NCBI GenBank assembly: GCA_964650355.1
Contig: CAZYTL010000006.1
Location: forward strand, 11,019-75,018
Source: an uncultured Gammaproteobacteria bacterium
Lineage (GTDB): Bacteria > Patescibacteriota > Microgenomatia > CAYXHB01 > CAZYTL01
Direction of reading: 5' to 3'
Length of the DNA stretch: 64,000 nt
Shown here: positions 62,878 through 64,000 of the stretch, piece by piece
Layout: every line of letters begins with the position of its first letter
Numbering within the stretch: the stretch's first letter is position 1
Program-made: the position numbers and the translations under genes
The notes under the pieces: model-generated
The model's database searches: none
Told to the model about the DNA's origin: nothing
Seen by the model: only the letters and a program-made list of their open reading frames with translations

Positions 62878-63555
62878 TTAGTCTGCAAGACTACAGACAG
62901 GTACGCAGACCTGGATACAGGCTCGAGTACTGGGTTGATGGCGGCAGGCAGAAGCACAGGAGTCATAAGTACCCCCGAGAATTTGAGTGCAATCCTGATC
63001 TTTGATGTTTTCACACTCCTGATATTGATCCAGCCACTGGCCACCTAACTGTTCACAGAGTGACTGGTGGTCAGAAGATCGGGGTTGTTCGCAGGTTTGC
63101 TGGCATTGTTCAAGGGTGTTAAAGGGGACCACACCTTGACAACCGCCCCAGAGAAATTGCTGGCACGACTGTGTTTGGTGGTCAAAGTAATATTTGGGAA
63201 AAGCTGCCTCGCAGGGGCCGGCTTTAGGAACCAAGTTACAGCGGAAGGTACATTTGGCAGGTTGATAATCGCAACTATCTGGATCACAGGGGTCAAGATT
63301 GGGTTGGCATTTGGAGATTCTGTCTCGATCGACCGGGGAACCGGTGGTGGAATCAGGTGAGGGGCTGGGGTTTACAACAGGTGAAGATTGAAAGGTGGGT
63401 GGACCTTTAAATATCTGCTGTCCGGTGAGGAGGATGATGACCAGGGCAGGGATGAAAATGATGATGAGGAGCACAAATGGCAACACATACCACCACGGAA
63501 GGCGGGGAAGGATTGATGGGTGTTTGTCAGAGGATGAGGTGGAAGGTGCGTCCAT
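62878..63555 (-). CDS. membrane-anchored protein with Kunitz/BPTI-type domain and a second Cys-rich domain
   Basis: TM helix (WWYVLPFVLLIIIFIPALVIILL). The block CNLVPKAGPCEAAFPKYYFDHQTQSCQQFLWGGCQGVVPFNTLEQCQQTC has Cys spacing 8/15/7/11/2 and the F-x-(Y/W)-GGC motif characteristic of Kunitz domains. Confidence 0.55.
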   Translation of the reverse strand: MDAPSTSSSDKHPSILPRLPWWYVLPFVLLIIIFIPALVIILLTGQQIFKGPPTFQSSPVVNPSPSPDSTTGSPVDRDRISKCQPNLDPCDPDSCDYQPAKCTFRCNLVPKAGPCEAAFPKYYFDHQTQSCQQFLWGGCQGVVPFNTLEQCQQTCEQPRSSDHQSLCEQLGGQWLDQYQECENIKDQDCTQILGGTYDSCASACRHQPSTRACIQVCVPVCSLAD

Positions 63556-63627
63556 GGTGATAACGAATTTTAAAGGATTGGCAGTGAGATTAGCAAAAGG
63601 ATTTTGATTTCTAAAGGTTTGAAAAAA

Positions 63628-64000
63628 TTAATCTATACATAACTCCGGGGCCAGTTGGCTGTTCTCAACAAAGCTGAAACAGCCAAAGATATGCTCGTAA
63701 TTAGCACACTGGCCAGGAATCTTGCCTTCATAACTAATACACCGACCCGATTGACATTGACCACCGTCAGTACAAGATTGATCGGCATCTGAATAAGGGA
63801 TCTGGCAAAACTCCCGGCCGACTATCCCCCAAGCCCGCCAGTCTCCGCCAGCTGCTTCACAGGCTTCCTTGGTTGAAGGCGCTTCTGAAGGGGTGGGAGA
63901 AGGAATCGGAGTCAGTGACTGATCCAAAAACCGGAAGGTGGAGAGGATTTGGTTGATAAGTTGGTGTTTTTTTAGACCTCCACCAAACTCTTCATCATCC
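63628..64000 (-). CDS. cysteine-rich protein, N-terminus beyond window edge
   Basis: The frame stays open to position 64000. The C-terminal part has 9 Cys (CEAAGGDW...CTDGGQCQSGRC...) and resembles the second Cys-rich domain of the adjacent Kunitz protein. Confidence 0.4.
   Translation of the reverse strand, partial: DDEEFGGGLKKHQLINQILSTFRFLDQSLTPIPSPTPSEAPSTKEACEAAGGDWRAWGIVGREFCQIPYSDADQSCTDGGQCQSGRCISYEGKIPGQCANYEHIFGCFSFVENSQLAPELCID

Noticed and set aside
1-64000. tRNA/rRNA genes
   Set aside because: Intergenic regions were scanned by eye for T-loop (GTTCRANYC) and anticodon-stem signatures and for rRNA-like conserved blocks. None was found. A tRNAscan/Infernal run would be definitive.

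Overview
The window is about 64 kb of bacterial chromosome that is mostly low to moderate GC by eye and gene-dense on both strands. The gene content looks like a small-genome, Patescibacteria/CPR-like organism; that taxonomic call is inference only.

Recognisable core genes:
- The heat-shock operon hrcA-grpE-[inserted ORF]-dnaK, with two CIRCE operators.
- A fused transketolase, ribosomal protein bL25/Ctc, RNase HI and a GIY-YIG nuclease.
- UDP-glucuronate decarboxylase, a Wzx-like flippase, a DUF4012 envelope protein and a GT39/DUF218 fusion.

Accessory content is dense and is where most of the interest lies:
- A high-GC island (about 1.94-3.23 kb) that looks foreign and encodes a Thr/Pro-rich secreted protein with a Cys-containing C-terminal sorting-signal-like tail.
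- A three-gene operon of very large coiled-coil proteins preceded by tandem structured repeats.
- Two paralogous cassettes of a TPR protein plus an ABC-2 permease pair.
- RelE-like and HigB/HigA-like toxin-antitoxin modules.
- A Fic protein, three NUDIX genes (one frameshifted wHTH-NUDIX), and an S8 peptidase with FG-GAP repeats and a dockerin-like tail.
- A graspetide-type RiPP locus (precursor peptide plus MdnC-like ATP-grasp ligase).
- A TasA/camelysin-like cluster: three paralogs with SipW-cognate signal peptides (one with a vWA domain), a SipW signal peptidase fused to a lamin-tail domain, and an RTX-repeat protein. A four-helix-bundle (23S rRNA IVS/Avd-family) gene flanked by GAAACG-type repeats is inserted in this cluster.
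- Membrane-anchored Kunitz/BPTI-domain and Cys-rich proteins.
- At least two dispersed short repeat families, one of which sits in-frame inside the transketolase gene.

No rRNA, tRNA or CRISPR array was found.
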